DNA of 24,000 nucleotides from an uncultured Thalassospiraceae bacterium (lineage in GTDB: Bacteria; Pseudomonadota; Alphaproteobacteria; Rhodospirillales; JABHCV01): positions 153,855-177,854 of the forward strand of contig CAZBEC010000001.1 of the NCBI GenBank assembly GCA_964490815.1. The letters are read 5' to 3'. The translations under genes and the position numbers were made by a program. Numbering within the stretch: the stretch's first letter is position 1; every line of letters starts with the position of its first letter. A model generated the notes under the pieces. That model was not told where the DNA came from. It worked only from the letters and a program-made list of their open reading frames with translations, and did no database searches. Shown one piece after another: positions 16,051 to 24,000 of this stretch.

Positions 16051-16089
16051 GATTTACTCCTTCTCCCTTTTTTTGACAAGGACGCTGTC

Positions 16090-17049
16090 TTGAAGCAGAC
16101 GCTCAGCGACAACATTATTTTAAGTTCGACCGATGACAACGTCGCTTCAGCCGCCGGGTTGATCCGTGCTGGCAGATTGGTCGCCTTTTCAACTGAAACC
16201 GTCTATGGCCTTGGCGCCGACGCGACCAACGAGGATGCCATTGCATCCATTTTCGAGGCCAAAGGGCGTCCGCATTTCAATCCGTTAATTATCCATCTAG
16301 CAGACGTTTCCCACATAGCCGAATTCGTTGAATTTGGCGATCAGGCAAGATCGCTGGCCGAAACCTTCTGGCCAGGCGCACTAACTATGGTTCTCAAACG
16401 AAAAAGCAATTGCCCGATTTCTTTGCTTGCCAGTGCAGGTCTGGATACCCTTGCGGTCCGCGTTCCCAACCACCCTCTTGCACATGCACTGATTACTGCA
16501 GCAGGAACTCCGGTTGCCGCACCAAGCGCCAATCGATCCGGAGAAATCAGTCCAACAACAGCCGAACATGTACTGGAAAGTCTGGGTGGGCGCATAGATG
16601 CCATCCTCGACGGGGGGCCCTGCGCCGTCGGACTTGAATCGACGGTAATTGATCTGAGCAATCAACGCCCAACCCTTTTGCGTCCCGGCGGCATTTCACA
16701 AACTGATATTGAAAGGGTTTTAGGGCCCGTAAATGTATCCGATGGAAGCGAAGATGCTCCGCGTTCTCCAGGCATGTTAAGCCGCCATTATGCGCCAGGT
16801 ATTCCGATCCGTCTTAATACCAGTGAACCTAATTCAGGCGAGGCTTTTTTGGCCTTCGGGCCTGACATCGGTGATTGCGACGCAAATCTTAGCCCCAGCG
16901 GCGATCTGAAAGAGGCCGCGGCAAACCTTTTCGCCATGCTGCGTATGCTCGACCAAGAAAAATTTACTGGCATTGCCGTCATGAAAATTCCTGAAGATGG
17001 CCTCGGCGCGGCGATAAATGACCGACTCACACGTGCCGCAACATATTGA
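16090..17049 (+). CDS. tsaC: L-threonylcarbamoyladenylate synthase, Sua5 type (YrdC domain plus Sua5 C-terminal domain)
   Basis: 319 aa. FSTETVYGLGADATNEDAIASIFEAKGRPHFNPLIIH, LAVRVPNHP, APSANRSGEISPTTA and ESTVIDLS. TTG is the first in-frame start after a TAA, with AAGGA 7 nt upstream. Confidence 0.92.
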   Translation: MKQTLSDNIILSSTDDNVASAAGLIRAGRLVAFSTETVYGLGADATNEDAIASIFEAKGRPHFNPLIIHLADVSHIAEFVEFGDQARSLAETFWPGALTMVLKRKSNCPISLLASAGLDTLAVRVPNHPLAHALITAAGTPVAAPSANRSGEISPTTAEHVLESLGGRIDAILDGGPCAVGLESTVIDLSNQRPTLLRPGGISQTDIERVLGPVNVSDGSEDAPRSPGMLSRHYAPGIPIRLNTSEPNSGEAFLAFGPDIGDCDANLSPSGDLKEAAANLFAMLRMLDQEKFTGIAVMKIPEDGLGAAINDRLTRAATY

Positions 17050-17145
17050 GATTACTCGCTATTATAGAATATAATAGAATTCATTTAGTAATTGTGTAAT
17101 CTAAGGAACATATCCGGTGCTTGGGGGCGATTGGATAAAGGCTGA

Positions 17146-19437
17146 ATGTTAAAAAAGCGGACTCACCACCGATCACCACCTTCCTTAATTACGCGATACG
17201 CTTTACTCAGTGCTTTTGCCCTGAGCGGTTTGATCGTTGTTTCGATTTTGTGGAATCTGAACAACCTGAAGGACCAGGCGGTCAATCTGGCCACGGCGGA
17301 AGCGATTTCAAACTGGAACAAGGACTTGTCGTTTCGCCAGTGGGCCACCCGTCATGGCGGTCTTTACGTCAAGCCTGATGATCGCACTCCACCCAACCCC
17401 TACCTCGCTCACGTGCCCAACCGTGATGTCGTAACCCGTGACGGCACGGAACTGACTCTAATGAACCCCGCCTATATGATGAGGCAGATGACGCAGGAGC
17501 ACGAAGAGGCCTATGGCATCAAGGGCAGCATCACCGGACAGGTGCTGCTCAATCCTATAAACGAGGCCGATTCATGGGAAATGCAGGCCTTGAAGCGATT
17601 CGACCAAGGTGAGAATGAAATCATTGAACAGGCCGTTATCGACGGCGCCCCTTATTTACGAATGATGCGCCCCATGGTCATGGAAAAAGGGTGTGTAAAA
17701 TGCCATGGCCATCTGGGGTTCAAGGTTGGCGATATCAGGGGCGGCATCAGCGTTTCTATTCCTCTTTTACCCTATTTCAAGGCGGCGGAAAGTACCGAAT
17801 TAACCATGCTGACCACACACGGAGGCGCATGGTTCGTTGGAATGCTGGTCATCGGGTTCGTATCCATAAGAGGGCGCCAGCATGAAAAGGATCGCCTTGC
17901 GGCTGAAGAAAAATATCGAACTCTGATCGAAGCAACGACGGCAGTGGTTTGGACCACGGATCCCCAGGGTGGATTCGCGGCCCGGCAGCATTCATGGGAA
18001 CAATACACAGGCCAACCCTGGCCGGATCACCGGAATTACGGATGGGCTAAAATGATCCACCCGGAAGATGTCGAGGAGATCAAAAGAACCTGGAAGCAGG
18101 CATTGGTATCTTTATCAATCTATAGTGTTGAAGGGCGTATTTGGAGCGCTGAAAATAACGGTTATCGTCATTTTATCGCCCGTGCCGCACCCGTACTGGA
18201 TGACAAAGGAGCGGCATTAGAGTGGGTTGGAACTATTTCCGATACGACGGCCCAGGCAGAAGCCGAGCAGGCGCTTCAAAATGCCCATGACGAATTGGAA
18301 GCCCGTGTCGAAGAACGAACCAAGGAACTTCGAAAGCACTCACTGGCTGTTGAGCAAAGTCCTGATATGGTTTTCATAACCGACACCCAGGGAACCATCC
18401 AATACGTGAATCAGAAATTTTCCGAAATGACCGGCTATTCGCGTGACGAGGCTATCGGCGCCAATCCCAGAATTCTAAAATCCGGCGAAACCCCTATCGA
18501 AATCTATGAAGATCTTTGGCAAACCATCATGGCCGGCAATGAATGGCGTGGCATTATGAAGGACAAACGAAAGGACGGAACAACCTATTGGGCGTCGATG
18601 CTTGTATCCCCTGTCAAAGATGAAAACGGCAAGGTGACTGATTATGTCGCCATGCACGAAGATGTTACGGAAAAAAGGAGGATCGAACAGGACATTCGAA
18701 AAGCAAAAGAAAAGGCCGAATATGCTGATCGCGCAAAATCGGAATTGCTTGCCAATATGTCACATGAGTTGCGCACGCCATTAAACGCAATCATAGGATT
18801 CTCCGATACGTTGCTTTCCGAAACTTTCGGCCCATTACCCAACGACAAACAAAAAGAATACCTGAACGACATTCATTTTTCCGGTGAACATCTTTTGGCC
18901 CTTATCAACGATGTTTTGGACGTCTCTGCTATTGAGGCAGGAAAAACGGAATTGAACGAAAGCGAACTTGAACTGGCTTCAACGTTTGACGATTGTCTGA
19001 AACTTGTCAGTTCCAGGGCCGAGCAGGGCGGAATAAGAATCAATTGCGTTAAAAAGAATGGCTTTCCACGACTTTACGCCGACGAACGCCGAACTAAGCA
19101 AATAGTCATCAACCTGCTGACTAATGCCATAAAATTCACGCCTGAAGGCGGTGAGGTTACCCTGAAAGCTACACAGAATAATGACGATACCTTGACTTTA
19201 TCCGTGGCGGATACTGGCATCGGCATGGACGCGGAGGGAATAAAAATGGCATTGATTCAGTTCGGTCAGGTCGACAGTTCACTTGACAGAAAATATGAGG
19301 GAACGGGCTTGGGTCTTCCCCTGACCCAACTACTGGTAGAACTGCATGGTGGGGAAATGTTGATCGAAAGCGAGCCCGGCAATGGCACGACTGTATTTGT
19401 GAACTTCCCCGCTGAACGCCTGATAAAAAAGAACTGA
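17146..19437 (+). CDS. Sensor histidine kinase with a periplasmic DUF3365 (Tll0287-like) heme-c domain, two cytoplasmic PAS domains, HisKA and HATPase_c
   Basis: 763 aa. TM1 YALLSAFALSGLIVVSILW. The periplasmic region has CVKCH (CXXCH, nt 17692-17706) followed by GDIRGGISVSIPL. TM2 GGAWFVGMLVIGFVSI. PAS modules are present. The H-box is SHELRTPLN (His codon 18763-18765). N, G1 and G2 boxes are present (NLLTNAIKFT, DTGIGM, GTGLGL). Confidence 0.93.
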   Translation: MLKKRTHHRSPPSLITRYALLSAFALSGLIVVSILWNLNNLKDQAVNLATAEAISNWNKDLSFRQWATRHGGLYVKPDDRTPPNPYLAHVPNRDVVTRDGTELTLMNPAYMMRQMTQEHEEAYGIKGSITGQVLLNPINEADSWEMQALKRFDQGENEIIEQAVIDGAPYLRMMRPMVMEKGCVKCHGHLGFKVGDIRGGISVSIPLLPYFKAAESTELTMLTTHGGAWFVGMLVIGFVSIRGRQHEKDRLAAEEKYRTLIEATTAVVWTTDPQGGFAARQHSWEQYTGQPWPDHRNYGWAKMIHPEDVEEIKRTWKQALVSLSIYSVEGRIWSAENNGYRHFIARAAPVLDDKGAALEWVGTISDTTAQAEAEQALQNAHDELEARVEERTKELRKHSLAVEQSPDMVFITDTQGTIQYVNQKFSEMTGYSRDEAIGANPRILKSGETPIEIYEDLWQTIMAGNEWRGIMKDKRKDGTTYWASMLVSPVKDENGKVTDYVAMHEDVTEKRRIEQDIRKAKEKAEYADRAKSELLANMSHELRTPLNAIIGFSDTLLSETFGPLPNDKQKEYLNDIHFSGEHLLALINDVLDVSAIEAGKTELNESELELASTFDDCLKLVSSRAEQGGIRINCVKKNGFPRLYADERRTKQIVINLLTNAIKFTPEGGEVTLKATQNNDDTLTLSVADTGIGMDAEGIKMALIQFGQVDSSLDRKYEGTGLGLPLTQLLVELHGGEMLIESEPGNGTTVFVNFPAERLIKKN

Positions 19438-19551
19438 CCAGTAGGAACCAAAAGCTTTCTCACATCTGATCACGGTCAATTTAGCTTTTTCTAATATGCG
19501 TACAATGCTACGGTTCCAAAGCAAGCAAACAATCTGACAGGAAGCGCCAGC

Positions 19552-20496
19552 ATGAATAACGCCCAGACAAAAACGAAAAACCTTCCCAGCCCCTTCGATG
19601 TTTCCAATCAGTCTCTCTACGAGACCTGGCGAGAAAAGAAACAAGCCGTGCATCCTCAAAGCCTGGGTGATTTGGTTGTGGAAATTAAGGACCCAAGGAA
19701 CCTGACGCGAGCCGAAAAGGACGCTCTGTTGGATCGGGTCCGCAATGCCAACATGGCCGTTTATGTCAGTACTACTGGTGATAATCACGATCGAAAAAAC
19801 CCGCTGATGCTGGCGGCGCAATTGGGTGTCTCGGGTCTGAACCACAACTGGCTTGCCGATGACGATGGACTAACCTCGCTGACGGTAGTCAATGAAGGCG
19901 CCCGTAAAAATTATATCCCCTATTCCAACCGCAAGATCAAATGGCACACCGACGGCTACTACAACATGGCCGCCGAGCAAATTCAGACCCTGAATCTTCA
20001 TTGCGTCAGCCCAGCCGCCACAGGCGGCGAGAACCGCTTGATGGACCATGAAATGGCCTATATCCATTTGCGCGATAGAAACCCAGATTTTATCCGGGTT
20101 CTGATGGCTCCGGACGCCATGACCATCCCGCCACGTATCGACGAGGGCGGAACGACCGGCCGTCGCGAGGAACCCGGGCCGGTCTTTTCTATTTGTCCGG
20201 ATACGGGCAATCTGCACATGCGCTATACAATTCGTGAACGTAACGTTATCTGGAAAGACGATCCACTTACGACAGAAGCGCTGGAATGCCTGGAAAGTCT
20301 GCTGGAAAGCGACCATCCGGCGATCTTCAAAGGCCGACTTGAGCCCGGTATGGGACTGGTCAGCAACAACGTCCTGCACGACCGGTCAGGATTTAGTGAC
20401 GATGAGAACCACAAACGCCTCATTTACCGCGCCCGCTATTTCGACCGTATTGCCGGCACCGGCGTTCGGGACGTTTATTCGGAGTTATTTGAATAA
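19552..20496 (+). CDS. TauD/TfdA-family Fe(II)/2-oxoglutarate-dependent dioxygenase-like protein
   Basis: 314 aa. HxD in KWHTDGYY (nt 19945-19953), a distal His in NNVLHDRSGF and Arg in RLIYRARY. AGGAAG SD 8 nt upstream of the ATG. Confidence 0.75.
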   Translation: MNNAQTKTKNLPSPFDVSNQSLYETWREKKQAVHPQSLGDLVVEIKDPRNLTRAEKDALLDRVRNANMAVYVSTTGDNHDRKNPLMLAAQLGVSGLNHNWLADDDGLTSLTVVNEGARKNYIPYSNRKIKWHTDGYYNMAAEQIQTLNLHCVSPAATGGENRLMDHEMAYIHLRDRNPDFIRVLMAPDAMTIPPRIDEGGTTGRREEPGPVFSICPDTGNLHMRYTIRERNVIWKDDPLTTEALECLESLLESDHPAIFKGRLEPGMGLVSNNVLHDRSGFSDDENHKRLIYRARYFDRIAGTGVRDVYSELFE

Positions 20497-20554
20497 AGGG
20501 GCTATTGCGATAGCGCAAAGTTCCCTTGTCTGTATTCTTACCTAACGCCATTAT

Positions 20555-21973
20555 GTGCCAACCATGACGGCACACTCTAAGGCACTGGAACTCATTCGCA
20601 AACTCGTCGGCCCGAAAGGCTGGATCGGCACGGCGCTGGAAATGCGACCCTATCTCCATGAGGAGCGCGGCCTTTATGAAGGCGCGGCAGCCGCAGTTAT
20701 CAAACCCGCGTCCACAGATGAAGTGGCGGCAGTGATGAAGCTGTGCCACCAGTCCGGGCTAAGCGTCGTCCCACTGGGAGGCAATACGGGCCTAGTCGGC
20801 GGCGGCGTTCCGGATTTCCCTGACGGCGAAGGAATCGTTCTTTCGACTGAGAGGCTGAACGCCATCCGCAATATAGACGCTTTGAACCAGACAATGACCG
20901 TCGAGGCCGGGGTTATTCTTGCCGATATCCAAAGTAAAGCTGAAGAAGCTGGCACCCTGTTTCCGTTAAGCCTCGGCGCCGAAGGATCCTGCCGGATTGG
21001 CGGCAATTTGTCGACCAATGCTGGCGGGGTGCAGGTTCTGCGTTACGGAAATGCCCGTGATCTGGTGTTAGGCCTTGAGGTAGTTCTCGCCGACGGGCGA
21101 ATATGGAATGGCCTTCGCGCCCTTAGAAAAGACAACACCGGGTATGAACTGAAGCACTTGTTTATCGGCGCCGAAGGAACACTAGGTATCATCACTGCCG
21201 CCGTTTTGAAATTGTTTCCAAGGCCGCAGGCCCGGGAGACCGCCCTCTGCGCCGCCGCCGAGGCTGATTCACTGCTGCAAGTCCTGCAGCGGGTTCGGGA
21301 AAATGCAGGGGAAGCCTTGACCGCCTTCGAAATTATGAACCGTTTTGGTATCGAGATTGCTGAAAAGCACGTCCCCGCCGCCTGCGACCCTTTCCAGGAG
21401 CCGCATTCTGATTATGCTCTAATCGAACTGAGTGGTTCGCTGGGTGTTCGTGAAACTCTGGAATCCATTCTGGGAAAGGCCCTCGAAGACGGCCTGATCG
21501 ACGATGCCGTGATCGCGGCGAGCACGGCGCAGGCAGAAGAATTATGGGCTATTCGAGAAGCTATACCAGAAGCCCAGAAGCATGAAGGCGGATCAATCAA
21601 GCATGATGTATCCGTACCCGTTTCCAAAGTGGGCGAGTTCCTAATAAAAGCGACGAAGCTTGTGGAGAACGAACTGGCCGAAGTGAGGGTCTGCGCGTTC
21701 GGCCATGCCGGCGACGGCAACATACACTTCAATTTAAGCCAGCCCGTTGGCACCGATCGAGAAGAATATCTGGACAACTGGGGACGCATCAATCGCCTTG
21801 TCCATGATTTGGTCATGAGCATGGGAGGCAGTTTCAGCGCCGAACACGGTATTGGGCAATTGAAACGCGCCGACCTAATCCGCTATAAAACAGATGTCGA
21901 GTTGGACCTAATGCGGACCATGAAAATGGCGCTGGATCCCAAAAATATCATGAACCCCGGAAAGGTCATCTGA
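20555..21973 (+). CDS. FAD-linked oxidase (GlcD / D-2-hydroxyacid dehydrogenase-like)
   Basis: 472 aa. FAD_binding_4 features (VVPLGGNTGLVGG, RIGGNLSTNAGG, GYELKHLFIGAEGTLGIIT) and a C-terminal FAD-oxidase_C block (GHAGDGNIHFN, SAEHGIGQLK, DPKNIMNPGKV). The start is GTG 20555 or ATG 20564. Confidence 0.9.
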   Translation: MPTMTAHSKALELIRKLVGPKGWIGTALEMRPYLHEERGLYEGAAAAVIKPASTDEVAAVMKLCHQSGLSVVPLGGNTGLVGGGVPDFPDGEGIVLSTERLNAIRNIDALNQTMTVEAGVILADIQSKAEEAGTLFPLSLGAEGSCRIGGNLSTNAGGVQVLRYGNARDLVLGLEVVLADGRIWNGLRALRKDNTGYELKHLFIGAEGTLGIITAAVLKLFPRPQARETALCAAAEADSLLQVLQRVRENAGEALTAFEIMNRFGIEIAEKHVPAACDPFQEPHSDYALIELSGSLGVRETLESILGKALEDGLIDDAVIAASTAQAEELWAIREAIPEAQKHEGGSIKHDVSVPVSKVGEFLIKATKLVENELAEVRVCAFGHAGDGNIHFNLSQPVGTDREEYLDNWGRINRLVHDLVMSMGGSFSAEHGIGQLKRADLIRYKTDVELDLMRTMKMALDPKNIMNPGKVI

Positions 21974-23757
21974 TGAGCACGTACACCGCCCCTGTCGACG
22001 ATATTCGTTTTGTCCTGAATGAAATAGCGGGGTTGGGAGACGTCGCTGGCTTACCCGGATATGAGGACGCCACGCCCGATCTTGTCGAGGCGGTAATTGA
22101 GGAGGCCGGCAAACTGGCGTCGGATGTGCTTGCGCCACTCAACCAACCCGGAGATCAAGAAGGTTGTAAAATCGATAATGGCGTCGTTCGTACACCTGAA
22201 GGAAACAAGGAGGCATACCAGCAATTTATCGAAGGTGGATGGAACGGGTTGCCCTTTGATCCGGAGTTTGGCGGCCAGGGATTGCCGTGGCTGGTGTCGA
22301 CCGCAGTGTCCGAAATCTGGAATTCGGCAAATATGGCTTTTTCCCTCTGTCCCCTATTGAGTCAGGGTGCTTCTGAACTGTTGGACGCTCATGGATCTGA
22401 TGATCTAAAAGCGATATTTCTCAAGAAAATGATCGAAGGCACGTGGACAGGGACCATGAACCTGACCGAGCCGCAGGCGGGGACGGATTTAGCGTTGCTC
22501 AGAAGCAAAGCGGTCAGAGAAGGCGATCATTACCGCATCAGCGGCCAAAAGATATTTATCACTTATGGCGAGCATGACTGGACGGAGAACATAATCCATA
22601 TGGTGTTGGCCCGTCTGCCAGATGCGCCTGCCGGCGTAAAAGGTATCTCGTTGTTCCTGGTGCCAAAGTTTTTAGTGAACGAAGATGGATCGCTTGGTGA
22701 TGGCAATGATCTGAGATGTGTTTCCATCGAACATAAACTTGGCATTAACGCCAGCCCAACCGCCGTCATGTCCTATGGCGATAATGAAGGCGCTGTTGGC
22801 TATCTTGTTGGCGAGGAAAATGAAGGCCTCAAATGCATGTTCACAATGATGAATAATGCCCGCCTAGCGGTTGGACTTGAGGGCGTCGCGATTGCCGAAC
22901 GCGCTTACCAACAAGCCAGGGATTATGCACTTGAAAGGGTACAAAGTCGGAATTCATCAAGCCCAAGCCCGGAATCGGTAACCATCATTCATCACCCTGA
23001 TGTCAAACGCATGTTGTTGGCAATGAAGTCAAGAACAGAGGCAACCCGAGCATTAGCCTATTCCGCCGCTACTTATCTTGATATTGCCAAGCGCCATCCC
23101 GATGCAGAGGAAAAAGGCCGCGCACAGGCATTGGTAGATTTGCTGATTCCGGTCGTGAAGGCGTGGAGCACGGATATCGGCATCGACTCCGCCAATCTGG
23201 GAGTACAGATCCATGGAGGCATGGGCTATATAGAGGAAACGGGGGCCGCCCAGCATCTACGAGATGCACGCATCGCCGCAATCTACGAAGGAACCAACGG
23301 AGTTCAGGCCATTGATCTGGTCGGGCGCAAAATAGTCCGTGAGAAAGGACAAACGGTCGGAGTCTTAATTGAAGAAATCCGCCGTTTCAAGCCTGATACC
23401 TCGAATGAAGACATGGCCGTCATTTGTAAAAGACTGGAATCGGCAATTGCTTCTTTGGAGCAGGCTACAGAATGGATCATCGAAACCTATCCAAAAAATA
23501 TCGACATGGCGCTCGCAAGCGCGACTTCCTATCTCGCTCTTCTCGGTGCAACCGTCGGCGGTTGGATGATGGGGCGCGCGGCCGAGATATCACTTGAAAA
23601 ATTGAAAAACGGTGATGGCGATCCGGAGTTTTTTAAAGCGAAGGTTATTTCAGCTCGTTTCTTCGCCGACCAGGTTCTCATCGAAGCGCCAGTTCATTCT
23701 GAAAAAGTCATTTCCGGTTCTTCTTCAATTACCGCAGTTGATTTTACTGACCGCTGA
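21973..23757 (+). CDS. Long-form acyl-CoA dehydrogenase (about 594 aa, with N- and C-terminal extensions)
   Basis: MNLTEPQAGTDL, GQKIFITYGEHD, FTMMNNARL, QIHGGMGYIEE and IYEGTNGVQ. The ATG overlaps the upstream TGA by 1 nt (TGATG), suggesting translational coupling. Confidence 0.92.
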   Translation: MSTYTAPVDDIRFVLNEIAGLGDVAGLPGYEDATPDLVEAVIEEAGKLASDVLAPLNQPGDQEGCKIDNGVVRTPEGNKEAYQQFIEGGWNGLPFDPEFGGQGLPWLVSTAVSEIWNSANMAFSLCPLLSQGASELLDAHGSDDLKAIFLKKMIEGTWTGTMNLTEPQAGTDLALLRSKAVREGDHYRISGQKIFITYGEHDWTENIIHMVLARLPDAPAGVKGISLFLVPKFLVNEDGSLGDGNDLRCVSIEHKLGINASPTAVMSYGDNEGAVGYLVGEENEGLKCMFTMMNNARLAVGLEGVAIAERAYQQARDYALERVQSRNSSSPSPESVTIIHHPDVKRMLLAMKSRTEATRALAYSAATYLDIAKRHPDAEEKGRAQALVDLLIPVVKAWSTDIGIDSANLGVQIHGGMGYIEETGAAQHLRDARIAAIYEGTNGVQAIDLVGRKIVREKGQTVGVLIEEIRRFKPDTSNEDMAVICKRLESAIASLEQATEWIIETYPKNIDMALASATSYLALLGATVGGWMMGRAAEISLEKLKNGDGDPEFFKAKVISARFFADQVLIEAPVHSEKVISGSSSITAVDFTDR

Positions 23758-23867
23758 ATCAGACGATAGTTTCCCGCGGATCCAGATAGCTCCATTTTTG
23801 GTTAAACCTTGATTTTTTTGTGTTTTTCCGACATTTTGACGATGGATTTTAGGGTTTTATTTCTGAA

Positions 23868-24000
23868 ATGAGTGGCTTTAGTCGATACGTCCTCAAACAG
23901 TTGTTTGTGGGTATGATCCTCGTTACAGCGGGGTTAACCTGCGTCATCTGGCTGACGCAGTCGTTGAAATTCGTCGAAATGATCGTCAATCGCGGATTGA
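23868..24000 (+). CDS. lptF: LPS export ABC transporter permease LptF, N-terminal fragment (3' end beyond the window)
   Basis: ATG at 23868. MSGFSRYVLKQLFVGMILVTAGLTCVIWLTQSLKFVEMIVNRGL matches the characteristic YjgP/YjgQ (LptF) N-terminus (RY..RQL....WL.QSL.F...I.NRG). Confidence 0.78.
   Translation, partial: MSGFSRYVLKQLFVGMILVTAGLTCVIWLTQSLKFVEMIVNRGL

Noticed and set aside
16057-16067. The C/U-rich CTCCTTCTCCC next to an IMPase-family gene suggested the alphaproteobacterial suhB/MmgR (alpha-r8) sRNA
   Set aside because: In that family the C/U-rich anti-SD stretch sits between a 5' hairpin and its own terminator. Here no second terminator follows, and the stretch lies 23-33 nt before the tsaC start, inside its translation-initiation region. 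Identity is not supported without a covariance-model search.
19443-19518. Short inverted repeats downstream of the kinase (AAAAGCT/AGCTTTT and GGAACC/GGTTCC)
   Set aside because: The arms are 6-7 bp with 26-nt or longer loops in AT-rich sequence, which is compatible with chance. It is not a convincing terminator or operator.
19330-20379. Two 169-171-aa minus-strand ORFs overlapping the kinase 3' end and the TauD-like gene
   Set aside because: They are antisense to genes with clear family motifs, have no SD and no recognisable domains.
21412-21822. 136-aa minus-strand ORF inside the FAD-linked oxidase gene
   Set aside because: Shadow ORF opposite a strongly supported gene, with a Ser/Arg-rich translation.

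Overview
The window looks like an ordinary chromosomal segment of an alphaproteobacterium. That assignment is an inference from the pepA-holC pair, an alphaproteobacterial-type LptF N-terminus and the overall gene content. I support 22 protein-coding genes, two of them truncated at the window edges. I recognised no rRNA, tRNA, CRISPR array, transposase or integrase. Gene order: ABC-F tail (+); a minus-strand four-gene cluster (216-aa unknown, 79-aa unknown, Cys-rich coiled-coil DUF2325 protein, atypical ferritin-like protein); a 1231-aa multi-PAS GGDEF-EAL protein; a minus-strand run of radical SAM, UPF0104 membrane protein, 118-aa acidic protein, pepA, holC and a HEAT-like protein; a plus-strand run of fused Memo-AMMECR1, isochorismatase-like hydrolase, secreted DLH-like protein and cysQ; a structured non-coding leader with an intrinsic terminator; Sua5/TsaC; a heme-c (CXXCH) DUF3365 sensor histidine kinase; a TauD-like dioxygenase; an FAD-linked oxidase; a long acyl-CoA dehydrogenase; and the lptF start. 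The candidates most worth follow-up are: (1) the possibly Fur-controlled DUF2325/ferritin-like cluster at 239-3011; (2) a divergent AmmeMemoRadiSam locus in which the Memo (B) and AMMECR1 (A) components are fused into one protein; and (3) an unassigned, highly structured about 150-nt RNA element with a terminator immediately upstream of tsaC. All family assignments come from motif recognition by eye. No database search was run, and start codons are provisional.
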